This document shows, one piece after another, positions 14,879-28,921 of a stretch of DNA of 64,000 nt. Source of the stretch: Octopus sinensis (lineage: Eukaryota); NCBI RefSeq assembly GCF_006345805.1, contig NC_043010.1, positions 55,056,001 through 55,120,000 of the forward strand, read 5' to 3'. A program made the position numbers and the translations under genes. Numbering within the stretch: position 1 is the stretch's first letter; every line of letters starts with the position of its first letter. The notes beneath the pieces are model-generated. The model saw only the letters and a list, made by a program, of their open reading frames with translations, made no database searches and was not told where the DNA came from.

Positions 14879-17800
14879 CCATAGACAACGAGTCACTCCA
14901 GGGTCACTAAAACTTTAATTGCTTATACCATTTAGTAATATGTAATGTGTAAATTTGTCGTTTTCATCAGAATCTCCATATCTCTACACGGTCTACTGTA
15001 ATTTAAGGTGAAAAAATAAAAACATTATGTTTGCTATTTATGTTTGGTATATCTTGGTACTTTGTCTTTATCAGGTATGCATCATAATATGCATGTTTGA
15101 CTAATTTATGAGTTAATGCTAAATAATATAATTGCCAACACATTTTCATACATACTATTTTTCTTTCAATAAACCACCAAATAGACATTAATGTTATATA
15201 ATATTGTCTTACAAACCGAGTAGAAAACAGAAAATGGTTTTAAAATCCGCGATTATATATGGAGCAGAGACAAAGGAACTTATTTAATTTCATTTGCGCT
15301 GAATCTAAAGCATTAACTCTTCGACAGACGACGGATGCCATAATGAAGTCATTCAGTATTGCGCAGTTTATACAAATAAACATGAGTTATACATTACTTT
15401 TAGACATACAGTCTTAAATATCTTCCATTTGAAATGCTTGTTTCACTGATGTAGAGACCAAAGTCTGAAACTTTCGTTTCATATTGCTTTCCGTTAATCA
15501 ATATACTTTCTATTTTGCTAACCTTATGTTTAAAGCCAGCGCATCCTTTGATCACTGCTTTGCGTTTATTTCTTTCAGTCACTTGATTCGTTTAAATATC
15601 AGGTTTCCCTCACTATTTCCATCTTCAAAGATTTACAAAATTTTTATATTATTTTTAGTTGTTTTAAGTTGCTGTTCATTCCGAAATATAAACTATTGTC
15701 TGTTCTAATGAAAATTCTATAGTTATGTAAATCTTTTAAACCCTGCGGTTCGATCAAGCCTGTTACATTTGGTGAAATGTTGCATGTGTCGCTAATACGT
15801 TTCCTTTGATTTCTGTTTTAGTTTCTTCTCTGTGATTTTATTGATCAGTAATGCGATTCAGTAACACAGCTCAGTATATTTTTGATACAGTCGATATGGC
15901 TCTTGAAGTTTTTACAGTCTTAATTCTGTTAAAGTTCAATCTCTTGTGGGTGTCAAACAATTAACGTCGTATGAAATACGCTTTAGTAAATTGTTATTTC
16001 CATCACTCTAATTACGTGGAAACATCTCTATGAAACTAATTATTCCTCTGTTAAGTACGTACACTCATTCGCTCTCACCTACTTAATCTTGACATCGACA
16101 ATACAACTAATTCGGTGCCAACGTTTACCGAGATGTGAACCGATTATTCGGCGTGATATCTTAAACAATATCAGATCATCCATGATTAACAATTTTTAAG
16201 TAATCAATCCTCTCATTGGAGAATATCCAATTTTGACAGAGGAGAAAGTGAAAACCATTAGAATGAGATATAATACGAATATAAACGAAGCCAAGTGCTA
16301 TTATCTTTCATTCTAGCCGATGTCTCCGAATTTCACTATATAGTTTCATTACTTCGGAACTAATGTAATCAATTAGATCATCATCTATTTTACTTCGCAA
16401 ATCTACATTTAGTTCGTTAGATGAATGATATAATCGCTTACCGGGAAGATTAACGACAGGGTCTTTTATTTTCCTAAGACGACAGTGTCGAGTGATTGGT
16501 TATCATTTTGACAGGGTCAGTGACCACTTGCGGATCGCTCATTTTCTTGTTGTTTTTTACTTTATTTGCAAAGACTCAAATACGGAGTAAAGTCTCAATA
16601 TGAATAACCGGTTCCGTATCCTAAAATGTTATCCCTTATAGGTTCCTAGATAACGACTATGGCTCAATTAATAATTGGTATACTGCTACGCTATAGCTAT
16701 TTTTTTTTACTCTTACGAATTTCGTATATTATCGCAAAATATATTATCCTCGTTTAAGTACGTCTTTCATTAAATAATTCCAATCTCCATGACATACATT
16801 GCAAATAATTAGAGAAAAGTGAAGTGAAAACAAATTATGTTACATGCTATTAATTCTGTTCTATACATTCGCTACTCTCTTAGGCCCAACTCCAGAAATA
16901 TGGGGAGTGAGCAACAGGATTTTAATGATTCCAAATTTAGACCTAAGGCCAAACAATTTCGGTGGAGGGATTAAATCGAAAATATTGACCTCAGTGTTTA
17001 ACTGGTACATATTTTAACCGCCCCGAAACGATGAAAATGTAAAGTTGGTCTCGTCTGATTCTGTACCCAAAGTGTTAAAATGGGTGAATTACCAATAAGC
17101 AATTCGCTGGGCGTCCGACGATCTTCCAGGTCACCATCCTAACGAGTGAACTATATTGGCTCCAATATTTCGGTGGTTTGTTATGTCATCCAGAGAAAAG
17201 TACGTATTTGGCATCGCGGGATACGAAATAAATACGAGAATGCACTTTTAGGTGTAAAGGTTCGGTTATTCATCGTCCAAAATATATATCTCTATATAAT
17301 ATCGTAGAGATGTCTGAGTAATTTGACAAAGGTAAGGCCCAAGCACTGAGTGTTACGGAACGCATTCATGATCGTGGGCCCTAATCCTGGACCAGCAGGT
17401 GAATTGTGTTTAGGTATAAAACATCTCATTTCACGTTGCTCCAATCAAACAGCTGTAAATGTGTTGAAGCGATAGCGATATTAATCAGGCGGTACATTAG
17501 CATCCTGTTCAGAGCAATGTGATGTAAATTCCAACGTTAATACGAGACCCTATTAAACTCAGTTGTTATTAGTTTTGCAGCTCCCGAAAGACCTGAACCT
17601 ACGTCACTACATAGGGACAAGGTAATTCGTTATGCTGCGATAATAAACAACAGTGTATTAATCGCTTTTATAAGTCAATACTGCGTTCTACTGTGTTAGC
17701 AGTGCTATTAGATTACTTGTTTCGGATAAATATCTTGATTGTCTATAGAAATTATAACCAACACAGGTTTCGTTACGACGTGTCGTATCCGAGTACGCCT

Positions 17801-18063
17801 AATGTAAATAACAAGGAGATAAAAGGGGTAATGAGTATATATACCATATTCCATGAGTCTTTGTTCCTTCAACCCATCTAACCCATTAATCATCCACGAA
17901 CTTATAGCTTAAATAGCCACTAATCACTACCTAGGTATTCTACAGTGGCTTGTTTTGGCTTCCCCGATCAATGATCTTATTATTTTAGATATCAGTGGAC
18001 AAATGTGTAATACCGATACTGAGCTAACATTTGTTCATTGCGTTTTAGCCTACTATTTACATT

Positions 18064-18525
18064 TTACTCTTTACTCTTTTACTGTTTTACTGGTTTCGGT
18101 CATTTGACTGTGGCCATGCAGGAGCACCGCCTTTAGTCGAGCAAATAGACCCCAGGACTTATTCTTTGTAAGCCGAGTACCTATTCTACCGGTTTCTTTT
18201 GCCGAACCGTTAAGTTACAGGGACGTAAACACACCAGCATAAGTTGTCAAGCGACGTTGGGGGGACAAACACAGGCCCCCAAACACACACATACACACAC
18301 GCACACACACACATACACACACACATATATATATATATGTATATGTATATATATATATACATATATACGACAGTCTTCTTTCAGTTTCCGTCTACCAAAT
18401 CCACTCACAAGACTGGTCGGCCCGAGGCTGTAGTAGAAGACACTTGCCGATGGTGCCACGCAGTGGGACTGAACTCGGAACCATGTGGTTGGTAAGCAAG
18501 CTACTTACCACACAGCCATTTCTGA
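18064..18525 (-). mobile_element. SINE family A
   Basis: Full-length reverse-complement copy. Confidence 0.85.
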
Positions 18526-19204
18526 GCCTTTCATAATGTACAATGATCTTTTTTTTCATACTTTTTAAACGTTATATTAAATTCTAAAGTACATAGCGCC
18601 TAGAATTTTAACGGGCAAAGTTAGTCGACAACATCGCTGCTATATTGTTTTAGTCATTCTTGAAAGGAAAAAAAAATTATAAGTGAAACAAGTAAATTTA
18701 CCTGTGCAGTAATTGAAATCATTCATTAAAGCACCGGAACAAATACGCAAAACATTTTTTTCTATGCTCTAACGATGTTGCCAAACAACCGTTTCTGTCA
18801 AAGATGCACAATAACTACCCGTCTAAGTTCCATTGATGTAGTTTTAATTCATCTCTATTCTTTGTTGCGTTTAATCTGCTAATGTATGCTTCAGAAATAT
18901 GGCTTTAATAGCTCCATACATAATTTCTCCATCCCGCTGTCATCTTGTTTTTTTTTATTAAACGAGATATAAAAGAATTGATGTACTACTTGTAATAGCT
19001 AATATTTTGAAACTCGTATTTTTTCCTGAGCATATATTTTCTATCAAAAGCACATTTATATATTGTTTCAATGTTAATTATTCGTAATATTCTTTGGTAA
19101 CAGTTCATTTGATGATAAATATGTGGTACATTAAGTATAATAATTAATGCCTCTATGAGTATATGCTGTTTTCTGAATATCTATAATTATATAGGAGCAC
19201 TCCT

Positions 19205-19540
19205 TCGACTTCGCCTTTCATCCTTTCGGGGTCGATAAATATAGAACCAGTTACGCAGTGGGGTCGATGTAATCGACTTTATCCCTTTTTCTGTCCTTGT
19301 GTGTCCCCTCTATATTTAGCCCCTTGTGGGTAATAAAGAAATAAGAAACGTTAGCGCGCCGGGCGAAATGCTTATCGGCATTTGTCTGCCGTTACGTTCT
19401 GAGTTCAAATTCCGCCGAGGTTGACTTTGCCTTTCATCATTTCGAGGTCGATAAGTTTAAGTACCAGTTGAGTACTGGAGTCGATGTGATCGACTAGACC
19501 ACTCCCCCAAAATGTCGGGCCTTATGCCTAGAGTAGAAAT
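19205..19540 (+). mobile_element. SINE family B, two joined units
   Basis: Two central blocks with different tails. Confidence 0.8.
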
Positions 19541-19730
19541 GAATATACACACTAGGTGATGAGAACACATTTCTTTCTGGGAAACGACAGACGTATGTCG
19601 GCTGTTATGTATGAGAGAATGAGAAGCATTCAATGTTTGATAAATAATATGACAGATACAGAGAATGCAGTACATTTATTAAATTGAAGAAATCGTATGC
19701 ACTTAACGAAATTTTATTAACAGGGTTAAT

Positions 19731-20147
19731 TAGGCGCAGCAGTGGCTGTGTGGTAAGTAGCTTGGTTACGAACCACATAGCTCCGGGTTCAGTCCCACTG
19801 CGTGGCACCGTAGGCAAGTGTATTCTACTATATAGCCTTGGGCCGACCAAAGCCTTTTGTGTGGATTTGGTAGACGGAAACTAAAGAAGCCCGTCGTATA
19901 TATATATGTATATATATATATATGTGTGAGTATATGATCGGGTGTCTGTGTTTGTCCCCGCAAACATCGCGTGATAACCGTTGCTGGTGTGTTTACGTCC
20001 CCGTAACGTAGTGGTTTAGCAAAAGGGACTGATAGAATAAGTACTGGGCTTACAAAGAATAAATGCTGGAGTCTATTTGCTCCACTAAAGGTGGTGCTCC
20101 ACCATGGCCACTGTCACGTGACTGAAAGAAGTAAAAGAGTAAAAGAG
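19731..20147 (+). mobile_element. SINE family A
   Basis: Full-length copy. Confidence 0.85.
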
Positions 20148-20649
20148 TGCATATTTTTCGGAAACTCGATTCATTTATTTTCTGTAATGAAAGAAACAGC
20201 TATATTAAAATTGACGAGAAGTTGCTTGTGTGTGTATTTGTGTGTGAATATGAATGGGATTATCTGAGTACAAATTTATTGGCGCGTTGGAATGAAATAG
20301 CGCACACGCAGATTTTGAAAACGACGGATAGATAAAGACGAATGGTGACGTTGAAAGATAGCAAAAAAATTGATAATTAGATGCAGGAGAAATACACAAA
20401 GAAACGCTAAAGCATATAATTCATGAATTTTCAATTAGTAATTGTGATGATAATGAAAACGAGCAAGTGGAACTACCACTAATTGTCATTAATTTTTTAA
20501 TGTCATTTTTCATGTCACTAATTTAATGAATTAATTCGTCTCTTTGATGAGAAAACTTAGTTATATCCACGGATAGAACTGGGAATGTTAGTCTGCCAAT
20601 ATGGTTGTGTACGCATGCGATCATCTAATCGCAAGTACTTTAGTATATA

Positions 20650-20715
<66 letters not shown>

Positions 20716-20718
<3 letters not shown>

Positions 20719-22053
20719 TGGCTAGAGAATCACGCCAACGAACTACCACACCGCATCAAAAAAGAATTTGTGATAGAAGGGGTTAAATTCATCCTGGAAA
20801 ATAACTTCTTCGCCTTCAATGACAACATCTACCGACAAAAATCGGGGACTGCGATGGGTACACGAATGGCCCCCTCCTTTGCCAACCTAGTCATAGGATA
20901 CCTAGAGATCAGTCTGTATCGTAAGGTTCTAGAAAGATATGGCAGCCCTTTCTCCATCTACATAGAAAACAACTGGAAGAGATATCTAGATGACTGTTTC
21001 ATCCTTTGGCATAAAAATATAGAAAAACTCATAGAATTCCAGAAAATTTTAAACGGACTGGACGTAAACATCCAATTCACGATGGAATATAGCCAACAAC
21101 AACTCCCCTTCCTCGATATCCTCATTAAGAAAGCTAATAATATAATAGAAACAGACATATACTATAAGCCTACAGACTCTAAGCAATATCTTCCATTCAA
21201 TTCATGCCACCCCAGACACACCAGGATGAATATCCCCTTCAATCTAGCAAAAAGGATATGCACTATAGTCTCTAACGCAAACACCAGAGACACACGACTA
21301 CAAGAACTAAAAGATACCCTTATCACCAGGAACTATCCACCTTCACTTATTGACAAGTGCATTCAACGTGCCCTTCAACTTAACATCAAGGAACTGAGAC
21401 ATCCCAAATCAAAGAAAAACTTACAACCAAAAGCCTTACCATACATCTCCACACACAACCCTCTCAATAACGAAGCCTTCGACACCATCCTCCCCAACAT
21501 ACCCCTCCTAAAAAAAGACCACAGAATGAACACAATCCTCCAAACACACACGATCATAAAAAGCAAAAGACAGCCTAGATCCATGAAAAGTCTCCTTACA
21601 CAAGCCCGAATTCACTCTTCAACACAGAAGCCGACAGTAAAAAAATGTGGAAGACCCAATTGCGGGATATGCGACTATCTAATTGAGGGATCAGAGTTCT
21701 CCTTCAAACAGAGACAACGGTTTACAGTGAAAAGCAACTTCACATGTGCTTCGGAGAACCTAATATACTCACTAACCTGCTCCGGGTGTCAAGAGCAGTA
21801 CATAGGCCAAACAAAAAATGGTTTGCGTAAACGAATGGCCCTGCACAGATCCCAGATAAAAATTCCCCAAAACAGAAAAATAGCTTTTAGCCAACACATA
21901 GATACTTGCGCCAACAAAAAAACACCAAACTTCTGAATTTTCCCCCTCTACCAATTTAGGGACGATACAACCTCGAGACAACGAATAAGTAAAGAAAATC
22001 TCTTTATCACAAAATACAAGCCACTTCTTAACGGGTCTACGACAAACAATTAA
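20716..22053 (+). pseudogene. 5'-truncated Penelope-like retroelement ORF: reverse transcriptase + Cys linker + GIY-YIG endonuclease (Neptune-like), one in-frame TGA
   Basis: RT motifs YRQKSGTAMG, WKRYLDD (DD at 20989-20994), LPFLDI and thumb DIYYKPTDSKQYL..SCHP; linker KCGRPNCGIC; endonuclease NLIYSLTCSGCQEQYIGQT...RMALH. The frame continues past TGA 21934-21936 with IFPLYQ...RISKENLFITKYKPLLN to TAA 22051-22053. The N-terminus in the ORF track is just (TA)n. Confidence 0.93.
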
Positions 22054-22678
22054 TATACCTCAACTTTAGAATAAAAGAAATATATACACACACAAATATT
22101 ACACTCCATAGAATCCATTACTAATCAGCCCCATCAAAGCTATACTTACACCCATTCATATTCTCCCTTCTCTGTTTTTTTCTTCTTCTTCATCATCATC
22201 ATTATCATCATCATCGTCGTCATCATCATCACCACCATCATCACCACCATCTTCTCCTTCTCCTTCTTCTTCTTCTTCTTCTTCTTCTTCATCATCATCA
22301 TCATCAACATCGTCATCTTCTTCTTCTTCTACTTCTCCACCTTCCACCCCTTAACCTTGTCACAAATGTCTTTCAGTATAACGCCTCCGCAAATTCCATA
22401 AACAATTCCTGAATTGAACTGCGACTACTGTCAGCCAGTCAGCCACTGACCATTCAAAATACGACCATTAAGGCATCCCCAGATTTCCCCACCCCTCTCC
22501 ACATCAGCTTCATTATTCTTCACCTATCCTACCAAGAACTGAAAACGACCTCGAACACACAAGTGCAAACAAGGGAGTCAGAGAAAGGCAGAATGCTACT
22601 TATATCTGAACACTACTACAGAAATATTCTTTTAAAAAAACTTTTCTTCTAATTTTTCTAAATTTAATTATTTAATCG

Positions 22679-22723
22679 TTACAGTTGAAAAGGTCTTAAC
22701 CGGTACTGAAAGATTCACTATAA
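22679..22723 (+). ncRNA. Hammerhead-like motif, U3:A8 core variant, at PLE 3' end
   Basis: TTACAG-TTGAAAA-GGT(cttaaccggt)ACT-GAAA-GAT-TC-A-CTATAA; helix I has one mismatch and needs a 1-nt bulge. Confidence 0.45.
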
Positions 22724-22989
22724 AATCATCTTAGCATTTTCTATTTTTGACTTGTTTTTTCATATATATATATATATATACATATATTTGAAAACCCCAC
22801 AAGAATGGGAGAAAGCACTAATACATGATCTAAGTTATATGATATATAAAAAATGTAATATACAAATAAATATCTGTAAATATAAACCATCCGATTTTCT
22901 GAGTACCTCATTTCTTCTAATATGTATATATATATACGTTTATCAATTTGTGTCGCAAGATACTTGACGTGAAAGCATGTGTTGAAACA

Positions 22990-23398
22990 GATATCGTTGT
23001 ATTTCTTGATGGTTTTCCTTTTGTATGTATTTTGGGGCCAAATAAACACACGCACTATATATTTGTTCTTCACTGGTTTATTATTGTTGTTATTTTAACT
23101 CAAGTCCATTGTCCACAAATCTTTCGTCACACATCTGTGACCTCTTCAGAGGCACTCTTCCTGTTCGTGCGAGGTTTTGCTCCGCTTATATTATAGAAGA
23201 GTAGAAAGGAGTGAGTGCAGCATGAGCACTCACGAAAACGAACAATGTCGCTGAAGAGGTCACAGATGGCTGACGAGAGATTTCCCGACAATGGACATGG
23301 GATAGAAGAAGAAAATATAATAAAGGAGTGAAGAAAAGATTATATAGTGCATGTGTTTATTGAGCAAAAAGAATGACCAACCCGAAGTACAACAATAT
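22990..23398. mobile_element. Diverged fold-back of hammerhead-bearing repeat
   Basis: aataaacacacgcactatatatttgttcttcact vs agtgaagaaaagattatatagtgcatgtgtttatt; similar single arm at ~62920-63100. Confidence 0.7.
23246..23290 (+). ncRNA. Degenerate hammerhead-like motif (inverted partner at ~23110-23154, third copy ~63015-63063 minus)
   Basis: TGTCG-CTGAAGA-G-GTCA...TGAC-GAGA-GATT-TC-C-CGACA; the partner retains CTGAAGA-GGTCAC(agatgt)GTGAC-GAAA. Confidence 0.45.
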
Positions 23399-24539
23399 AT
23401 GTGTATATATATGTATGTGTGTGTATATATGTATGTGTGTGTATATATATGTATGTGTGTGTATACAGAGAAAGAAATAGAGAGAGAGAGAGAGAAAGAC
23501 TTACATACATAGATGAATAGATAGATAGATAGATAGATAGATGGATAGCTATATGCATCTATGTACGTCCGTATGTATGTATGTATTTATGTGTGTACGT
23601 ATATGTGTTGGAATAACTAATTGCAGCAGTATAACTGCGTATAAACTCTCATGTTTTGTCCATAACTCTATACGAGGCCGCCTTTTATAGTGACTCCCCC
23701 CTTTAAGAGAAAATATATATGGATCAAAATGCATCAAAAAATAAATGCTTTCTATTCCTATAGCTTTTCTTATCTTAGTGATCTACATAATAGTAATATG
23801 TTTTATGTGTTTTACGCATGGGTTTTCACTATTATGTTCGGCTTGCAATAGTTCTTTCCATGGTAGCATGTGTAAGGTAGTGTACGGGAAAGCCTACACA
23901 CTGTTATGTGAGTAAACACATAAATTTCTTATCTCTATCTCGCACTCACTCTCTCTCTTTCCCTCTCTCCGAATATATATATATATGCCTGTGTTTGTAT
24001 GTATGTTTATATATAAGTAGGTATATATATAGATAGATAGATAGATATGCCTGTGTGTGTATTATGTATGTATGTATGTATGTATGTATGTATGTATGTG
24101 TACTAGCAGTGGCAACCCGGGGTCGATCTAATCGACTGGCTCCCTCCACAAAATTTTCGAGTCTTGGGCTTAGATTAGAAAAGGATATTTTCATATTTGA
24201 TTCCCAATTCTAATAATTTTATATTTTACGTCTAATCATTTGTTTGCTCACTTGGTGAGTAAATATTGCTTTCCTAATTTCATCTGTCCTAATCTGTGTT
24301 TTTTAAACAAACATTACGGTAGTCCAACAACAGAGGGAGAAGCAGTTTGTCAAGTTTTACCATCCTCTAAAATCAACTTAGAGCTTTCAATTCCACAGTC
24401 CATCTGTAAGCTTTGCAGTATGTGTGTGTTTGAGAAAGAGAAAGAGGAAAAGAAGGGGACAGAACATTGCAAACCTTGAATGAAATAGAAATGAAATGAA
24501 AAAAATCTTATAACTAACAGGGTATTACTACTGATGTAT

Positions 24540-26015
24540 ACGCCCCCGAGTTTGTTGCCTCATAACATCTAGAAAGACGGATACTTCTTAACAAAATTTT
24601 CTAACAAATGCCCCTTAGATGTTATGGCTTCAGAGTATATAGGGATTTATAGGAAATAATTTTTCTGAGGTAGTGGAGAGAGGAGATTTTGAAAATTCAC
24701 ACAATCTGAATTTTTCCCCTCATAACTTTCAGGAGGCTGGGTATCTTTCAATGAAAATTTTACAAATCTTTTTCAAACGGCAGAAATTACGATTATAAAG
24801 AAAATTTATGGAGAACATTTTTTCAGGGATTTTCACAATTTTTTTAAACCATAGCCTTCGAAATTATGGTCTTTGTAAGAAAAAACTCTTTTTTTTATCA
24901 CACCCTCCCTTATCATCCCACTAGGACCTATTTTGGCCAATTTGTTTTGCACGTCAAAACCAAAGTAGGAGCATTTTCGGTAAAAAAAAAAAAAATTCAG
25001 AGGGGAAAGTGAATGATTTAAGGGTAATTTGGCTATTGTGTCTAGCACATCCGAAGACGACCCGCCTCGTTTCTTAATCACTCTCGCATGTATTGATGTT
25101 TTTTTTATATTTCCCTCATAAATACATTTATATGCTGTAAAAAAGAAAATTTGGAAAATTATGAATTTCGGTCAATATAAAGTTTGTCACCTTTAAAAAA
25201 AAAACCATAAAAAAAAGCCTAGTATGTGTAAAAATGTGTAGAAAAAACGAATATAAAAAACAAATTGCGCACACGAACGTGAGGCGGGGAGGTGTCTTCT
25301 TTCGTAAAATTCACAAGATACGATGTTTTCCTCATAACTTTCAAGACAATGGATATATATTGATGAAATTTTACACGAATACCGGTCAAATGGCACAAAT
25401 TACGATTATAAGGAAATTTCTGTGAAACTTTTTTCGGAAATGGTGGAGAGAAGACTGTCGGAAAATTCACACAATCGGTTTTTTTTCCCTACATAACTTT
25501 CAGGAAAAGGGATATCTTTTAATGAAATTTTACACAACATATTTCAAACAGAATAGATACAATTATAAAGTAATTTGTGGGGAAATGTTTTCCGAAAGGG
25601 TGGCAAGAGGAATGTCGGAAAGTTCACCCGATCCGTTTTCTTCCCTCATAAATTTCAGGATCTAGTCTAGCACCCGGTCATCATAACGAAAGAAAGCCAG
25701 ACTAGTAGGTGTGAAACTACGTGTAGAAAATGAATTTGAAAACAAAAATTCATGCAAACGAACAGGTGGTGGATGGGTGGATGGGGAGAGGACATTCGGA
25801 AAATTCACACGTTCTGAATTGTTTCCATCATAACATTCAGGAAAAAACATTTTCACCACAAATATCTTTATAATCATAAGCTATGCCATTTGAAATGTGC
25901 TTCTGTAAAGTTTCATCAAAAGTTATGCATTTCCCTGAAAGTTATGACGGAAGAAATCGGATCGTGTGGATTTTCCAAAAGTCTTCATCCCACCCACCAC
26001 CGTTACGTGCATTTT
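24540..26015. repeat. Degenerate ~155-160-bp unit repeats, possibly Helitron-internal
   Basis: cataactttcagga-like marker at ~24561, 24721, 25333, 25492, 25647, 25828 and inverted at ~25935; Helitron-like ctag ends nearby (24103). Confidence 0.6.
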
Positions 26016-26206
26016 TGTAACTGTTTGCTCTCATATTCGTTTTCTACATGTTTTTTTTTAAAAAAACTTGTACTTTGTGTAAGTTAGAATTATTAATATA
26101 AATATATATGGAGGTACAAGCATAAACATAGGGTGCGTTACGTTTTCTGAAGTTTTAAATTGGGGTAGAAGACATCGATGTAAGGCATAAGGCAGAATAG
26201 ATAGAT

Positions 26207-26612
26207 TGGCGACGAGTCGGCAGAAACGTTAGCACGCCGGGCGAAATGCTTAGCGGTATTTCGTCTGCGTTACGTTGTGAGTTCAAATTCCGTCGAGGTC
26301 GACTTTGCCTTTCATCCTTTCGGGGTCGATAAATCAAGTACCAGCTACGCACTGGGGTCGATGTAATCGACTTAATACCTATGTCTGTCCTTGTTTGTCC
26401 CCTCTGTGTTTAGCCCCTTATGGGTAATAAAGAAATAGGTATTTCGTCCGCCGCTACGTTCTGAGTTCAAATTCCGCCGAAGTCGACTTTACCTTTCATC
26501 CTTTCGGAGTCGAATAAATAAGTACCAGTTACGCACTGGGGTCGATGTAATCCCTTTGTCTGTCGTTGTTTCTCCCCTCTATGTTTAGCCTCTTGTGGGC
26601 AAGAAAGAAATA
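26207..26612 (+). mobile_element. SINE family B dimer
   Basis: Head + two bodies joined at aagaaata|ggtatttcgtc. Confidence 0.85.
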
Positions 26613-27237
26613 AGAATAGATAGATAGTTTCAGTTTTACAATGAAAATTCATAGGAAAAAAACAAGAAAAGAGAAAATGATAGGAACAAATACTAGGTTT
26701 AATTGTCTCCCTTTTTGTTGCATATAAGATTTTTAGGTAAGATTTACTATTCTATTGAAATAATAAGTATATATCACTATATCCTCCTTATTTGATTCCT
26801 CCCCTGATTGCAGTTTACTCGACGTTAAACAAAAAATGTTCTCTCTCTCTCACACACACACACAAACACACACACATAAACACATACACACAAATATGTA
26901 ATTTTGATAGTGACCTTCCGGCGCGGTAACTGTATCCTTTGTTATCACATTTTTCATCGAAGGTGATAAAATTCAATGAATATATTTCACCGCATTTATA
27001 ATAATTGTAACCCATATTTGAAAGGCACCTACAAATAAAATTTGAAATGAATAAAAGAGAAAACATACGCTGCGAGCAATAACAAAATGTGTGATTCATA
27101 TAAAAATCTAGATTAAAGATATATGTTAATCTCACCTATGTGTTTGCGCGTTAAGAGTGCGTTTAAACGTGGGTGCAGATACGTACAGACATATCTATAC
27201 AGAAGTACGTATGTACGTATGTATGTATCAACATATC

Positions 27238-27895
27238 TATGCAGGAGTGGCTGTGTGGTAAGTAGCTACGGTACCAACCACATGCTGTTAAGTCCAAAAA
27301 TTTAAAAATTGTAAAAATTGTATGAGGTTTAATACCTCGTTTTGTGTTTGTTTTTAAAAGAACAATGTTTTAGAGAAGCAGAAGTCGGCGGGCGATTTTT
27401 GTCCTCTCCCATCCCCATCATCCTTCTTTCATTATCATTCATTTCATTAATGTCCTCGTCCAGCCCGCAAAGCTGACTTACTCTATGTACTGCCTTAATG
27501 GCAAATGTTATGAAATAAAGTAGCTACGGTACCAACCACATGGTGCTGGGTTCAGTCTCACTGCGTAGCACCTTGAGCAAGTGTCTTCTACTATAGCCTC
27601 CGGCTGACCAAAGCCTTGTGAGTGGATTTGGTAGACGGAAACTGAAGAAGCCCGTCGTATATATGTATATATGTATATGTGTATGTGTGTGTGTATGTTT
27701 GTGTTTGTGTTTGTCACCCAACATCCCTTGACAACCGATGCTGGTGTGTTTACGTCCCCATAACTTAGCGGTTCGGCAAAATAGACCGATAGAATAAGTA
27801 CTAGACTTACAAAGAATAAGTCCTGGCGTCGAATACTTCGATTAAAGGAGGTGCCCCAGCATGGCCACAGTCAAATGACTGAAACAAGTAAAGCG
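27238..27895 (+). mobile_element. SINE family A interrupted by a 233-bp insertion
   Basis: Head broken at 27284 and resumes at 27518 with a 25-bp duplication. Confidence 0.85.
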
Positions 27896-27901
27896 AGAGC
27901 G

Positions 27902-27933
<32 letters not shown>

Positions 27934-28764
27934 CATCTGTGTGTGTGTGTGAGGAGACTGAAAGATAGATGAAGACATAGGGAATTATGTGTCTCTGTTT
28001 ATGTGTTCCTAAGCGGAACCATATTTCAGTTTTATATTATCGACAATAGCTGGGTGTCCCTGTTGTAATATATACATATATTTATCCAGTTTCGTTCACT
28101 ACGTTCACTTTAGTTCGTGACAGTTTGTTAGAAACACTAATTTATTTCCAACCCCTCGTTCAATGCCTTCCTAGTTTAGTGTCCTGCACTTGGGACTAAA
28201 TATATGAAGACGTTTAAATGGTTCACGTTCATATATTACATAAATACATTTAACTATTTTCTAAGTATAACTTTTCCTATGCCAGCTGAGTAATAATATT
28301 TCAAATAATCTCTAGTTTACTTCAACGTAGCTGACACATAATCTTTCTCGCAACCTTAAAAGTGAGATTCATTTATTCATGGCGATCTGTTACATGTATT
28401 TTTGGAATAACGCTGTTTCATAACTGTTCCTGTTCAAATGATTGAAACTATAGATCTTAAAGATTACATGCATTAAATATATTACGTATATTAAATATAT
28501 TCAAAATGTTAATTCGTGTATGAAATACGCTCGCTTAGCCAGCGGGGTGGCGTCGTTCGAAGGCTAAAACAATGCGAACGCATTGTGACCAGCGATGCGT
28601 AACTACTTCTGATGGACTGGTCGGTCAAGTGATATAGATATATATATTATATATATATATATGGTTTAGGATTTAACTGCTCTTCAAGCATGTAACGTGT
28701 CCTCGTAAAGGTCACCTCTCTTGTGTATAAATATGTGTATTATATGTACACTAATTTATATGGA

Positions 28765-28822
<58 letters not shown>

Positions 28823-28823
28823 G

Positions 28824-28860
<37 letters not shown>

Positions 28861-28865
28861 GTATA

Positions 28866-28921
<56 letters not shown>

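Larger units (their letters stand above)
20716..22762 (+). mobile_element. Penelope-like element copy (ORF + 3' UTR) inserted in (TA)n
   Basis: Bounded by (TA)n on both sides (20644-20716 and from 22763); the 3' UTR holds a CAT/CTT microsatellite and a hammerhead-like motif near its end. Confidence 0.8.
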
